DNA of 64,000 bases from Syntrophorhabdaceae bacterium (GCA_963665295.1 OY762209.1:1-64000); one strand, 5' to 3'. Counted from the stretch's first letter, positions 38,690 through 47,691 are shown. Notes: generated from the sequence alone by a model not told the origin. Made by a program: numbers and translations.

Positions 38690-38720
38690 TGAATATATAT
38701 TCACTATCTGCGAATGTCAA
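38690..38720 (-). promoter_or_regulatory. Sigma70 promoter with an overlapping 14-bp perfect palindrome (probable DUF134 operator)
   Basis: TTGACA-N17-TATATT on the minus strand; TGAATATATATTCA (38690-38703) covers the -10. Confidence 0.7.
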
Positions 38721-38908
38721 GAATAAAGGTAAGGGGGGTTTCTAAGTTACTCCTACCCCGCCTCTTCCCTGGAAGAAAAAGATAGTTGAAAGTCGGGTTT
38801 CCCCTTTCGCGGAATACGGTCGATGCCGGCTTTGACGGTAAAGAGAAGATTATATAACCCATCAACACACACCATATAATGTGCCGTGCAGTCATATTGC
38901 TTTTTTAA

Positions 38909-39259
38909 TGCGACGCGGGCCAGGAATGCATTCTCGGAGAAATGCACAGATTGCTGCGGCCCGGCGGTATTCTCTTTGTCGGCGATTACCCTTTGCAGCC
39001 CGATGCGAGAAACCGGGAGCGGTATCGAAAATTCGAGGAGGAACCGGGCACCTTCGGCATGTTTCGCACGGAAGGTGTCGTGGTGCGGCACCATGATATG
39101 GACCGGATATACCGGCTGCTTTTACCTTTCCATATCCTTCGGGAGGAAAGGATCAGGGTCCGTACGATGAATGGGCACGAGGCAGACGTGTTCCAGATAG
39201 CGGCCGGAAAGAGAGAAGGTCGGCTTTCCCGAGTCGGGGATTGCCCGCATGTCGCCTGA
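38909..39259 (+). pseudogene. C-terminal half of a class I SAM methyltransferase
   Basis: EMHRLLRPGGILFVGDY...RN.ERY...G.F...VRHH...TMNG. An in-frame TAA at 38906 precedes it and there is no motif I. Confidence 0.7.
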
Positions 39260-39341
39260 TCCGGTCTTCCTGCCTCTTGAATAGTGACAAACCACGCAGG
39301 AACGCTCCTCCACCCGGCTAAAGAAAAAAACCATCTCCACG

Positions 39342-39745
39342 TCAATGCTTCCCCGGTTCCAGGATCTCAAGTATCTCGCGGTTTGCCGCCTCCGGATGAG
39401 TCCAATGAACAGCATGTCCTGCTTCCGTATACCACGATTTGTTTACTGCGAGCGGACCAATTCCTGAGGCCGACCTGATTCTTCCATGCGTCGCGGTAAC
39501 CTTGCAATTCCTGTGATGTCACTATTACCAATGGAATATTCAGATGACTATCCCGGGCCGCTCTCGAGGCGTTCGATTCTTTCCTGTCCCCCTCATCCAC
39601 CTGACATCGATTGTCGTATGTCCTCACGAACATTGCTGCGTCAAGGTCCTTGAGTCCGGAGGGCGCCAACGCCCAATTGTTTCCGGCTGTGCTCAGGGAT
39701 GTCGATGAGTAAAGCCCCCCTCTGAACAGCAGCCGCGTGAGCCCG
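39342..39745 (-). pseudogene. Frameshifted C-terminal remnant of an alpha/beta hydrolase
   Basis: HLNIPLVIVT...W..Q..L..WS..SKQIVV, then a frameshift into EAGHAVHWTHPEAANREILEIL* (catalytic-His segment). Confidence 0.65.
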
Positions 39746-40086
39746 CGTCATCCCGGACGACAGGTCCACCGGATCCACGCAATAATTTTTGAAATGGTAT
39801 TCTTCCGGACAATCATTGTCAACCCGGATGGTGTGCACTTGCCTGCGCGCCCTGTCCTCCTTTGGACCAATGTCCCCGAAGGACCCAAGGGTTCCCTCTG
39901 GATCACGGTACACCGCCTACGTCGATCGCGGTGATTTCCGACCTGGTGGACCGTCTCTCTATTCAGTTCCATCCGTTCTTGACTTAACGAATCATCAACG
40001 CAAGTCTTCGTGTTTTCACGAATGAGATAGAAAAGCCCGGAATGACACTTTAAATGAAATTAATGACTTACCCGCAATCATCACTG

Positions 40087-40102
40087 TGGCACCATAAATG
40101 CT
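40087..40102 (+). promoter_or_regulatory. Sigma54 -24/-12 promoter
   Basis: TGGCACCATAAATGCT (GG-N10-GC), 44 nt upstream of the ATG at 40147. Confidence 0.7.
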
Positions 40103-40146
40103 TCACTATTGGGTGAGAAGCAAAATAAAAGAAAGGAGAAATAGAT

Positions 40147-40410
40147 ATGAAGAAAGTATTGATGTTCGTTTTAGCGATCATGATCGGCGTAGTGTTTGCA
40201 TCAACCGGTTTCACGCAGGACAAGGCTGCAACGACACCTCCGGACAAAGCAGCAGTGACCGCCCCGGAAAAAGCCAAGGAAGAAGCTCCTGTAAAGGAAA
40301 AGAAGAAAGCCAAAAAAGCTAAGAAAGCAAAAAAGGCAAAAAAAGAAGCAGCACCCGCGGAAGCGACTCCGGCAGCACCCGAGAAGGCAGCTGAGCCCGC
40401 AAAGAAGTAA
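40147..40410 (+). CDS. Secreted Lys/Ala/Pro-rich low-complexity protein (Asr-like composition)
   Basis: Signal peptide, (AKK)n repeats, SD AAGGAG. Confidence 0.85.
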   Translation: MKKVLMFVLAIMIGVVFASTGFTQDKAATTPPDKAAVTAPEKAKEEAPVKEKKKAKKAKKAKKAKKEAAPAEATPAAPEKAAEPAKK

Positions 40411-40429
40411 TGAGAACCTGAAACAGTGT

Positions 40430-40457
40430 AAGGGGGGCGTGAAAGCCTCCCTTTTTT
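40430..40457 (+). terminator. Rho-independent terminator
   Basis: AAGGGGGGC-GTGAAA-GCCTCCCTT followed by TTTT. Confidence 0.8.
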
Positions 40458-40522
40458 GTGCCCCATTACGATATTCCGGGAATGAATAACAAGGAGTTTT
40501 TTATGTTGGGAGGTAATCGATC

Positions 40523-40792
40523 ATGATCAGTTATTTGACGCAAATTGCCATATGCGAGCCGGTGCTGGAAACAGTAAAACAAACCCTGTCCCGAAGCGAT
40601 GACGCGGAGGTGAGACGAAAAGCGGGCTATATTCCGACGAAAGAGAGCGTTCTGAGAGCGGTGACCCTTTACCCGGACCTGGATACCAAGGAAAAACTGA
40701 AGAATTTCATAATTGAGCACGTACTGAGCAGTGTTCGCATAACCCCGGCTCAGAAAGAACATCTTGATATGAACGGGTTGAGAACCTCTTAA
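40523..40792 (+). CDS. Unknown 89-aa protein, paralog B
   Basis: SD GGAGGT; about 50% identical to paralog A and about 60% to paralog C (manual count). Confidence 0.85.
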   Translation: MISYLTQIAICEPVLETVKQTLSRSDDAEVRRKAGYIPTKESVLRAVTLYPDLDTKEKLKNFIIEHVLSSVRITPAQKEHLDMNGLRTS

Positions 40793-40843
40793 CCTTGGGG
40801 AAACTCATCCCCGCGATGAAGGCGTGTATCTCGATTTCTGTCC

Positions 40844-41452
40844 CTATTTCACGGAAAGGAAGTGTTGAACTCCAAGCAGTATCATCTGAGCTGCCAAAGC
40901 GGCAAGGATGAGGCCCGATATCTTACTCAGGATGTTAAGGCCTTTCTTTCCCACAGCCCGCTCAATGAAGGATGCCGACAGCAGGATGGCGCCGACGCTG
41001 ATGACAGCCAGGAGAAGGGCGAGACAGCCGAGGCCCTTGTGGAATGCATCGGTTATTTCGCCGCCAAGAACAAGCAGCGTGCCGATTGTCGCCGGTCCGA
41101 CGATGATGGGCATCGCCAGGGGTACGACGGCGATATCCTCCTCCGGGGACGGCTTTAAGACTACCGGGTAGGCCTGTACCAATCCGACTGCTGACAGGAA
41201 CAGGAGGGCTCCGGCGCCAACGCGGAAGGAATCGAGGGTAATTGCGAATAGCGAAAAGATTATATCGCCGAAGAAAAAGAGTATCAAGCAGGAAACGCCG
41301 ACGGCGCCGCTGACCTGAAGGGCCAATTTACGACGCTGGGTTTCCGTATAACCCTTAGTCATGCTCAAGAACATGGAGAGGGCGAAAAAAGGCGTAAAGA
41401 GAAAGAAGAATTTGAGCCAGACGCTTACAAAAAAGCTCAGTGTGCTATTCAT
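40844..41452 (-). CDS. MarC family membrane protein
   Basis: F.ITLDSFRVGAG.LL, IAVVPLAMPIIVGPATI and KI.GLIL.AL motifs. Confidence 0.92.
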   Translation of the reverse strand: MNSTLSFFVSVWLKFFFLFTPFFALSMFLSMTKGYTETQRRKLALQVSGAVGVSCLILFFFGDIIFSLFAITLDSFRVGAGALLFLSAVGLVQAYPVVLKPSPEEDIAVVPLAMPIIVGPATIGTLLVLGGEITDAFHKGLGCLALLLAVISVGAILLSASFIERAVGKKGLNILSKISGLILAALAAQMILLGVQHFLSVK

Positions 41453-41877
41453 CTCCTAATCCATCCATCTTCTTTGCAGCGGGATGTCTTTTACTTTCCC
41501 CCATATCTTTTTCATTGATCACATTCTATAGCAGCATCAAGAACTTATCCACAGTTTTGAATGGTTGCACACATGGGACGCCTTGGAAAAGACCACGGGC
41601 CGCAGGACGCGGTTGGATCTACAGAGTTCATCCGTTCCTTCTTCTTTACATATTCGCGTATTGACACATGGCCTGCGATATGATCATTATAAACAACAAA
41701 GCGCTCCACCGTCGCGTGATTCGATCCCACGAAGACAGGATACCGGGAACTTCAGGACTTGCCCTCTCCATAGGGGTAACGATTGGATCATACGCGGACA
41801 TTCGAGCATTATGTACCGAGATGTGGTGACTTATGAATATCCATTCGCTTACGAAACTTTTCCCCCACGGACTGACC

Positions 41878-42102
41878 ATGCAGCCCTTCCACTATGTCGT
41901 GCTGTCCCTGCTTATCCTCTACGTCGCCGTATGTTTCGGCAGGATAGCTGCAAAGAACGGGAGGAACCCTATCCTGTGGGGTATCCTGTCCCTCATCACA
42001 CCCATAAACCTTATCGTCCTCACATACTGGGCGTTCAGCGGGAAGAAACAGAAGCGCAAGGCGGTTACCGGAAAAAAGGGTAGGAAGCGAAGCGGAGCAT
42101 GA
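41878..42102 (+). CDS. Small two-TM hypothetical protein
   Basis: Hydrophobic hairpin around RIAAKNGRNPILWG; basic tail. Start is uncertain. Confidence 0.6.
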   Translation: MQPFHYVVLSLLILYVAVCFGRIAAKNGRNPILWGILSLITPINLIVLTYWAFSGKKQKRKAVTGKKGRKRSGA

Positions 42103-42130
42103 AGCGTGTAGTGAAAACATCAGGCCTGAA

Positions 42131-43126
42131 GTGTTTCAGGTGAGAGAAGATATGTGTCGAAACGTTCTTGTGACTTTGCTCGTAGTGGCGACGTCATTCT
42201 TTTTCGGTAATGGCAGTTGCGCAGATTCCCTTACTGCTCTGGTCAGCCCTTATGAATCATCCCCGGTTGACTTGAAAAGCAAATATCCCGATAAATACCG
42301 GCTTCTTTACGAACAGGTGAAAAAGAGAATTTCGAAAGAGGAATTCGATACCCTCATGTCCCGGAAGGAAGGTATTGAACTGGACGAAAGACACAAAAGC
42401 AAACTTATATTAATCGTATCCCCTCGTTCCCTGGAAATCCAAAAACAACAGCATATCGCGGTAATTCCTCTCAAGGTTAACGCACAGACCTTGAAAGACG
42501 GGCTCGCATTCTTTCAGGAATATGAAGCTGTCTTTAAATCCGCATACGAACAAACCGGTGTTTTGCCCGCTGATATTGTGGCAATTCTTAACTGGGAGTC
42601 GGGGCTTGGCAAACGGAGAGGCACGTATTCCATATTCAAGATATTCGTGGCGCAATACTTCTATTTGGACGAAATCGAGAAAGAACTCTTTGATAAAGGC
42701 GCATATGAACAGCCCGGAGCCATGACCCGCCAGGACGCAATGAAAAGGATGGTGAAATTAAGGAAACGGTCACTTTCAAATCTTTCTCAGCTTCTTATGC
42801 AGGCGAAGAACATGAATTTCGATCCCCTTAGCGTAAAGGGTTCCTGGGGAGGAGCCATTGGAATCCCTCAATTTATGCCTTCTTCCATGAAGTTTGCCCG
42901 CGATGGCGATAACAACGGTATTATCGACCTCAACACGATTCCCGATGCTATTGCCTCAGTTGCCTTTTTCTTGAAATCGCACGGTTACCACGAAAAAGGC
43001 AATCTATATGCCTTCAGAAGGTATAACCCTGAAGCCGTGTACGTCCAGGGGGTCGCGCTCTATAGCTCCGAGATAGAGAAGATGGATGTCAAACCCAGGA
43101 CCGGTTGGTCCTATTCTCCTCGTTAG
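42131..43126 (+). CDS. Lytic murein transglycosylase (MltB/SLT_2 family)
   Basis: AIL.WES, GSWGGAIG.PQFMPSS, DGD.NG.IDL, DAIAS and RYN motifs. Confidence 0.9.
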   Translation: MFQVREDMCRNVLVTLLVVATSFFFGNGSCADSLTALVSPYESSPVDLKSKYPDKYRLLYEQVKKRISKEEFDTLMSRKEGIELDERHKSKLILIVSPRSLEIQKQQHIAVIPLKVNAQTLKDGLAFFQEYEAVFKSAYEQTGVLPADIVAILNWESGLGKRRGTYSIFKIFVAQYFYLDEIEKELFDKGAYEQPGAMTRQDAMKRMVKLRKRSLSNLSQLLMQAKNMNFDPLSVKGSWGGAIGIPQFMPSSMKFARDGDNNGIIDLNTIPDAIASVAFFLKSHGYHEKGNLYAFRRYNPEAVYVQGVALYSSEIEKMDVKPRTGWSYSPR

Positions 43127-43291
43127 AACCATTCTTGCCATGAGCAAGGGACGGACATTGACCCGCACCCGGGAGAGGCTCACGCCGGCGGCAGATGATC
43201 TTTGTCGTTACCATGACGTGAAAGAATTAGTCATACTCACCCTAATGTGCTATTACTATAGTTGCCCGCAAACATCATAAGGAGGTACTCC

Positions 43292-43717
43292 ATGAAAACG
43301 TCATCATTGCATCACCTTTTCAGGGTGATGGTCATCATTGTCGGACTCTTTTTCGTCTTCTCCATAGGAATGGAATCTCTCGCCCTTGCAAGGGCGGGGA
43401 GCGGAAGGTCTTCCGGGAGCCGGGGATACAGTTCCGGCAGTTCCTATCAGAGATCAGCCCCCAGCCAGCCGCGCCCGCAGCAGGTTATGCCTCAGAGACC
43501 TCCGGTCCAGCAGCCTTCAGCAGGGAGAAGCTTTCTCTCCGGCCTCGGCGGCGGCCTCGTGGGAGGTATGCTCGGAAGTATGCTTTTTGGCGGCCATGGC
43601 CACGCTGGGGGAGGATGGGGCGGCAACCGGGGATTCGGGTTCGGAGACTTCATACTCATTCTCATCATCCTTGGAGTTGTCTATCTGGTCGTAAGATCCT
43701 TCAGGTCCCGGCGGTAG
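43292..43717 (+). CDS. N-terminal half of a Tim44-domain-type membrane protein; the Tim44 domain is missing
   Basis: ARAGSGRSSGSRG, GLGGGLVGGMLGSMLFG and GFGFGDFILILII, then a stop after the TM segment. Confidence 0.7.
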   Translation: MKTSSLHHLFRVMVIIVGLFFVFSIGMESLALARAGSGRSSGSRGYSSGSSYQRSAPSQPRPQQVMPQRPPVQQPSAGRSFLSGLGGGLVGGMLGSMLFGGHGHAGGGWGGNRGFGFGDFILILIILGVVYLVVRSFRSRR

Positions 43718-44509
43718 GCAACGGTTCCTTTTGCGTCCGTCCGACGCCGATTCATATTACCAATGTGACGTGCCTCCTTGAAGCAAAGATGTTCGAGAAG
43801 GTTTTGGAGAGTGGTATCTCCAAGACGAGGGTTGGAAGGGGATTCCGATGATGGGGATACCCTCATGACGGCACGGCCGTGCCGGGATGTGGCAGTCTGA
43901 TCACGAAGAGGCCTCCATAGGGAAAACTTTCTCAACCGTCCATTCCAACCCCGTAATAAGATGGGCACTATGTCATCGCTACCTATAGTTTTCAACATAA
44001 TTTGTTGGCAACCTGTTCATAACCCGTAGAATTCGAATCGCAAGCCCTTAATTTCACTTGGAGGTACACCTCATTGCCACACCATATGGCAACAAAGAAA
44101 TATACGTTATTTCAGCTAGTTAGATATAAGATGTACACTTTGTATACAGCCCGTTGCCGAATTTCCAATCCTGAGTGATATCAGCCCATTCAACGATCTT
44201 GTTTCTTATCACAACCGGAACTATCTTATGTGACATGGAGTTACAAAACGGCAACCTGCCGGGTTTCTCCTCCGGACGAAACGCCTTGTCGGCAGATCAT
44301 GTGCAATTCCAGGGAGGAAGGGTTCGGCCCTTGATCGGCGCTCTGCAACTTCTCCGCGCCTGTCTTCGGTTTATCAGGGTATTCATGGATTGCCAACCCC
44401 GGCTCGGTAGGATATACTATCCTCCAAGGCAGCGCATCAAGGATAGGTGCTTCTGCAGACGCTTACGAACCATTAGTGACAATCTTTTTCTCACAGGGGG
44501 TATCCGATC

Positions 44510-44767
44510 ATGATCAGTTATTCGAGGCAGGTAGTCATATCCGGGTCGGTCTTGAAAGTGATGAAACAGACTCTCTCTCAAAGCGATGATGCGGAGGTGA
44601 GGCAAAAAGCCGCCAATGTTCCGACTACAGAGAACGTTCTGAGAGCGGCAACCCTCTACCCGAGTTTGGATACTGAGGCAAAACTGAAGGATTTCGTAGT
44701 TGATTACGTGCTGAACAGTCTTCACATAACCGTAGCTCAAAGGGAACATCTTAACTTCAACCTTTGA
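44510..44767 (+). CDS. Unknown 85-aa protein, paralog C
   Basis: SD GGGGGT; aligns without gaps to paralogs A and B. Confidence 0.85.
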   Translation: MISYSRQVVISGSVLKVMKQTLSQSDDAEVRQKAANVPTTENVLRAATLYPSLDTEAKLKDFVVDYVLNSLHITVAQREHLNFNL

Positions 44768-45068
44768 CGACCGGGGAATTCATCCCTGCCATCAGGGCAT
44801 ATGTGCAATCGCCGGTTCAAAAACAGGTGATGCCCTTCCTTTCATTAGCTTTCAGGTCTTCTCTCACAGGATATCAGACGTGCGCGAAGTCGGAGACAGG
44901 AGGAGTCCGCGTCCGGCGACCTGATTACGGCAGGAAAACGCCGCTTCGGGAGTAGAGGGTATTCGATAAACCTCTCGAAGAAAATTACCAACAAGCCTGA
45001 AAAAACCGACCTGTTCCAGGGTGCCCCGGGTACTTTAGAGACGCCCGGCAATCCCCTGTGTCTCCCTG

Positions 45069-45905
45069 CTACGACCTGTCTCCGTTGGTTGCGTCACCTT
45101 CAGAATCGGGTTTGACGGGACCTGCGTCGCGTGCCAGCACCCGCTCCAGCGCCTGGACGATCTCGACCTTGATGCGCGTGCCCGCGAGGCGGTAAAGGAT
45201 GGCAAGGGCGTCTTCAGAGGTCTTTGTTTCCTGATAGGGTCGTTGTGATGTGATGGAGTCATAGATATCGGCGACAGACACCACCTGGGCCCCCAGGGGG
45301 ATCAGGTCGCCTTTCAGGCCCCGGGGGTAGCCTCTCCCGTCGAGCCGTTCGTGATGAGCGGCGACGTAGTCTACGGCGGGACCCAGGAAATCAAGAGGCT
45401 TGAGTATCTTCGCGCCAATGGCGGGATGACGGTTTATCTCCTTGACAAGGTTCGACGGGAGCTTCTGTTCGTGGTCCGCGAAGAGGATGTCCGGGAACCC
45501 TATTTTCCCGATGTCGTGCAGGGCCCCACCCAGACGAACGTATTCCGTATCCTCCTCGTTCAAACCGAGCTGAAGGGCGATGTCGCGGGAAAACTCCGCC
45601 ACCCTAGACGCGTGGCCCTGTGTGTAGGTATCCCGCGCCTCAAGGGCATGGGCCATGGCGGTGACTACGGCTATACTGTTTTTTCTCACCGTCTCGTTGA
45701 GTTCCTTGAGTTCGTCTACAAACTGTTGAAGCTGGAACTCACGGGCCTCGACCTTGACCATCATGAGGGCCACGGCTTCGGCTATGATGCGGACGGTGTC
45801 CGGCACTTCGTCCTTGGTCAACTCCATAATGTCGTCTGAATACCGCCCCTCGGCGATATCGGAGATGATACTCAAAAGCTTCTCTTCAAGTTGGTCGGCA
45901 TTCAT
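45069..45905 (-). CDS. HD-GYP domain phosphodiesterase
   Basis: RDTYTQGH..RV, LHDIGKI, HHERLDGRGYP and VADIYD...RPY motifs. Confidence 0.92.
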   Translation of the reverse strand: MNADQLEEKLLSIISDIAEGRYSDDIMELTKDEVPDTVRIIAEAVALMMVKVEAREFQLQQFVDELKELNETVRKNSIAVVTAMAHALEARDTYTQGHASRVAEFSRDIALQLGLNEEDTEYVRLGGALHDIGKIGFPDILFADHEQKLPSNLVKEINRHPAIGAKILKPLDFLGPAVDYVAAHHERLDGRGYPRGLKGDLIPLGAQVVSVADIYDSITSQRPYQETKTSEDALAILYRLAGTRIKVEIVQALERVLARDAGPVKPDSEGDATNGDRS

Positions 45906-46081
45906 CGTGTTATAAACCCCATCCGGTGTATTTGGTGCAAGGCACCCATTTCTTGTACACCATGACCGGAATGGCGTCAACGGGAAACAGCGTGGAATAA
46001 CGGAAACCACCTGGAGGTGTGAAAATCAGCTACCTATGGCTCTGACTTCCCGCGCCTGTGTTCTCAAGAATCGATATTGCC

Positions 46082-46387
46082 TCAGGACAGCTCCGGTTCC
46101 ACCACATCGAGTATGTCGAGAAGAGACGCGTACTGCGTCACGTACCCACGCACATACACCGTGGGCGGCAAGGCGTCCCAGCCTCCCGATTCGATTGCCC
46201 TCAGGACCCTTTTGGTAATGAAGAGGGCGTCCTCGATCTCATCGTAGGTAATACCTTTGGCTTCCCTCGCGGACCGGAGGAGACGTCCGACCTTGTCAAG
46301 ATCGAAGGGCATCTTCTCCTTCCGGTCTCTGAGGCCCATGCGCTCCTCCGCCCTTACCCGGTAAAACGCCTCTTGTCCTATCTTCAT
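46082..46387 (-). CDS. RodZ-like HTH-only protein
   Basis: G.LLR.ARE.KG.T..EI...L.I....L.AIE.G....LP..VYVRGY...YA..L pattern. Confidence 0.8.
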   Translation of the reverse strand: MKIGQEAFYRVRAEERMGLRDRKEKMPFDLDKVGRLLRSAREAKGITYDEIEDALFITKRVLRAIESGGWDALPPTVYVRGYVTQYASLLDILDVVEPELS

Positions 46388-46693
46388 GCAACACCTTCCC
46401 TATGTTTCCTTTCACGAAAGACCCGCTGCCCGCCGGACCGGATGTTCCCTTAATTCGTGCGTACCCAGCCTTTTTTTGCGAGACAACGACCTGTCTCTTC
46501 CCGGAGGGTCGCCGGTCAGGTGCCGGGGATGTGCTTTGCGGCAAAGATCTTCTTCGCAGTGGCCTGGCATATCTGTCTGTCCTTTTCAAATGCATCCACA
46601 CCTTTGGTGGGATGCCTGTACGTGGCTGAGCAGCCTCCGGAAAGAACCAGAAAGAGGATCAAAAACAGTGTCGGTTTCACCTCTCCCGCCGAT

Positions 46694-47011
46694 TCAGTGG
46701 ATCTTTATGGGGAATACGAGGTTGATGCCCGCAGGGGGCGGAGGCGCATAGACTACAGGCGGCGGAGCGTAGATAACTGGTGGCGGAGCGTAATAGACCG
46801 CACCCGGGGAGTAATAGCCGTGCCCATGCGGGTAATGCCCGTAATGGCGCCCGTAGTGATAACCTCCCTGGTATGGTCCGTGCCCCCCGTGGGGACCTTT
46901 GCACAGGGCCGGCGTAGTGCACATAATCAAGGCTGCAAAAGCACATACCACCGCCGTAGCCATCTTGCCCGTTGTCGAAAATAGGCCGGTCCGTCCGTTC
47001 ATGATCTTCAT
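46694..47011 (-). CDS. Secreted His/Gly/Tyr- and Pro-rich protein
   Basis: Signal peptide, GH/GY-rich tract and (YAPPP)x3; SD GAGGAGG. Confidence 0.8.
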   Translation of the reverse strand: MKIMNGRTGLFSTTGKMATAVVCAFAALIMCTTPALCKGPHGGHGPYQGGYHYGRHYGHYPHGHGYYSPGAVYYAPPPVIYAPPPVVYAPPPPAGINLVFPIKIH

Positions 47012-47078
47012 CTCGTCCTCCTCAATCCTGTTATGCGTTTTCGATAGAAAGAACCCCCCTGCACTCTTCCACGGGCTG

Positions 47079-47558
47079 TCATTTCTTCTTTGCCTTCGGT
47101 TGACCGGGGGCCTTGAACAGCTTGTCGGCATCCCTCTTCTGTTCTTCAGACAGACTTGCGTAGAGGTTTTCGAAGGCGGAGATAAACTTCTTGAGGCCCG
47201 CCGCCTGTGCGTCGGTGACTTCACTGTACGATTTGAGGTCCTCCACGGCGTTCATAGCCTTTATCTTTTCCACCCTCACTTTCATGAGAGCATCCATGGT
47301 CTTCGCGTTTTCCCGCATCACCTGGGAGACCTTGTTCCATTGCCCGGACTGGGCGTCCGTGATTTTGAGTTTGGAATGGAGATCTTTGATCCCCGCCTCC
47401 ACACGGTCCGCTTCAGAGAGTTTCGCTGCCGCCCCGGCGGGGTCTTTCGCGGCCGAAATCGAAGGGCTCGGGGCCAGAAAGACGGCAGCAATAAAGAGCA
47501 TTGTTGCGGCACCGCAAATTATGTGGGAATGGATGGAAGGAAAAGTAATGCGTTTCAT
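47079..47558 (-). CDS. Spy/CpxP (LTXXQ) family periplasmic chaperone
   Basis: Signal peptide; LKITDAQ..W and LY.SLSEEQK..AD motifs; SD AAGGAG. Confidence 0.85.
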   Translation of the reverse strand: MKRITFPSIHSHIICGAATMLFIAAVFLAPSPSISAAKDPAGAAAKLSEADRVEAGIKDLHSKLKITDAQSGQWNKVSQVMRENAKTMDALMKVRVEKIKAMNAVEDLKSYSEVTDAQAAGLKKFISAFENLYASLSEEQKRDADKLFKAPGQPKAKKK

Positions 47559-47675
47559 AGTGTGACTCCTTGTTATTTTCGTCCTTGCCCTCCGAAAGCG
47601 AGGGCAAGGCGTTTCTACGGGTTCGGCGGTTCGGGATTCGACGGATAAAGCCGCTCCCCGCCCCTCCTGGTTAAA

Positions 47676-47691
47676 AGCAACTTCGGTGCCA
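47676..47691 (-). promoter_or_regulatory. Sigma54 -24/-12 promoter
   Basis: TGGCACCGAAGTTGCT, a near-perfect consensus. Confidence 0.8.

Noticed and set aside
40300..40350. DNA tandem repeat
   Set aside because: It is a protein-level AKK repeat with varied codons, not a DNA repeat element.
44018..44040. tRNA-Met gene
   Set aside because: Only anticodon-loop and T-loop-like scraps are present; no cloverleaf can be formed.
44759..44955. CTT-TGA-C at the end of paralog C (prfB-like frameshift site) and the overlapping 63-aa ORF
   Set aside because: Paralogs A and B do not share the site, there is no properly spaced internal SD, and the +1 frame is not conserved.
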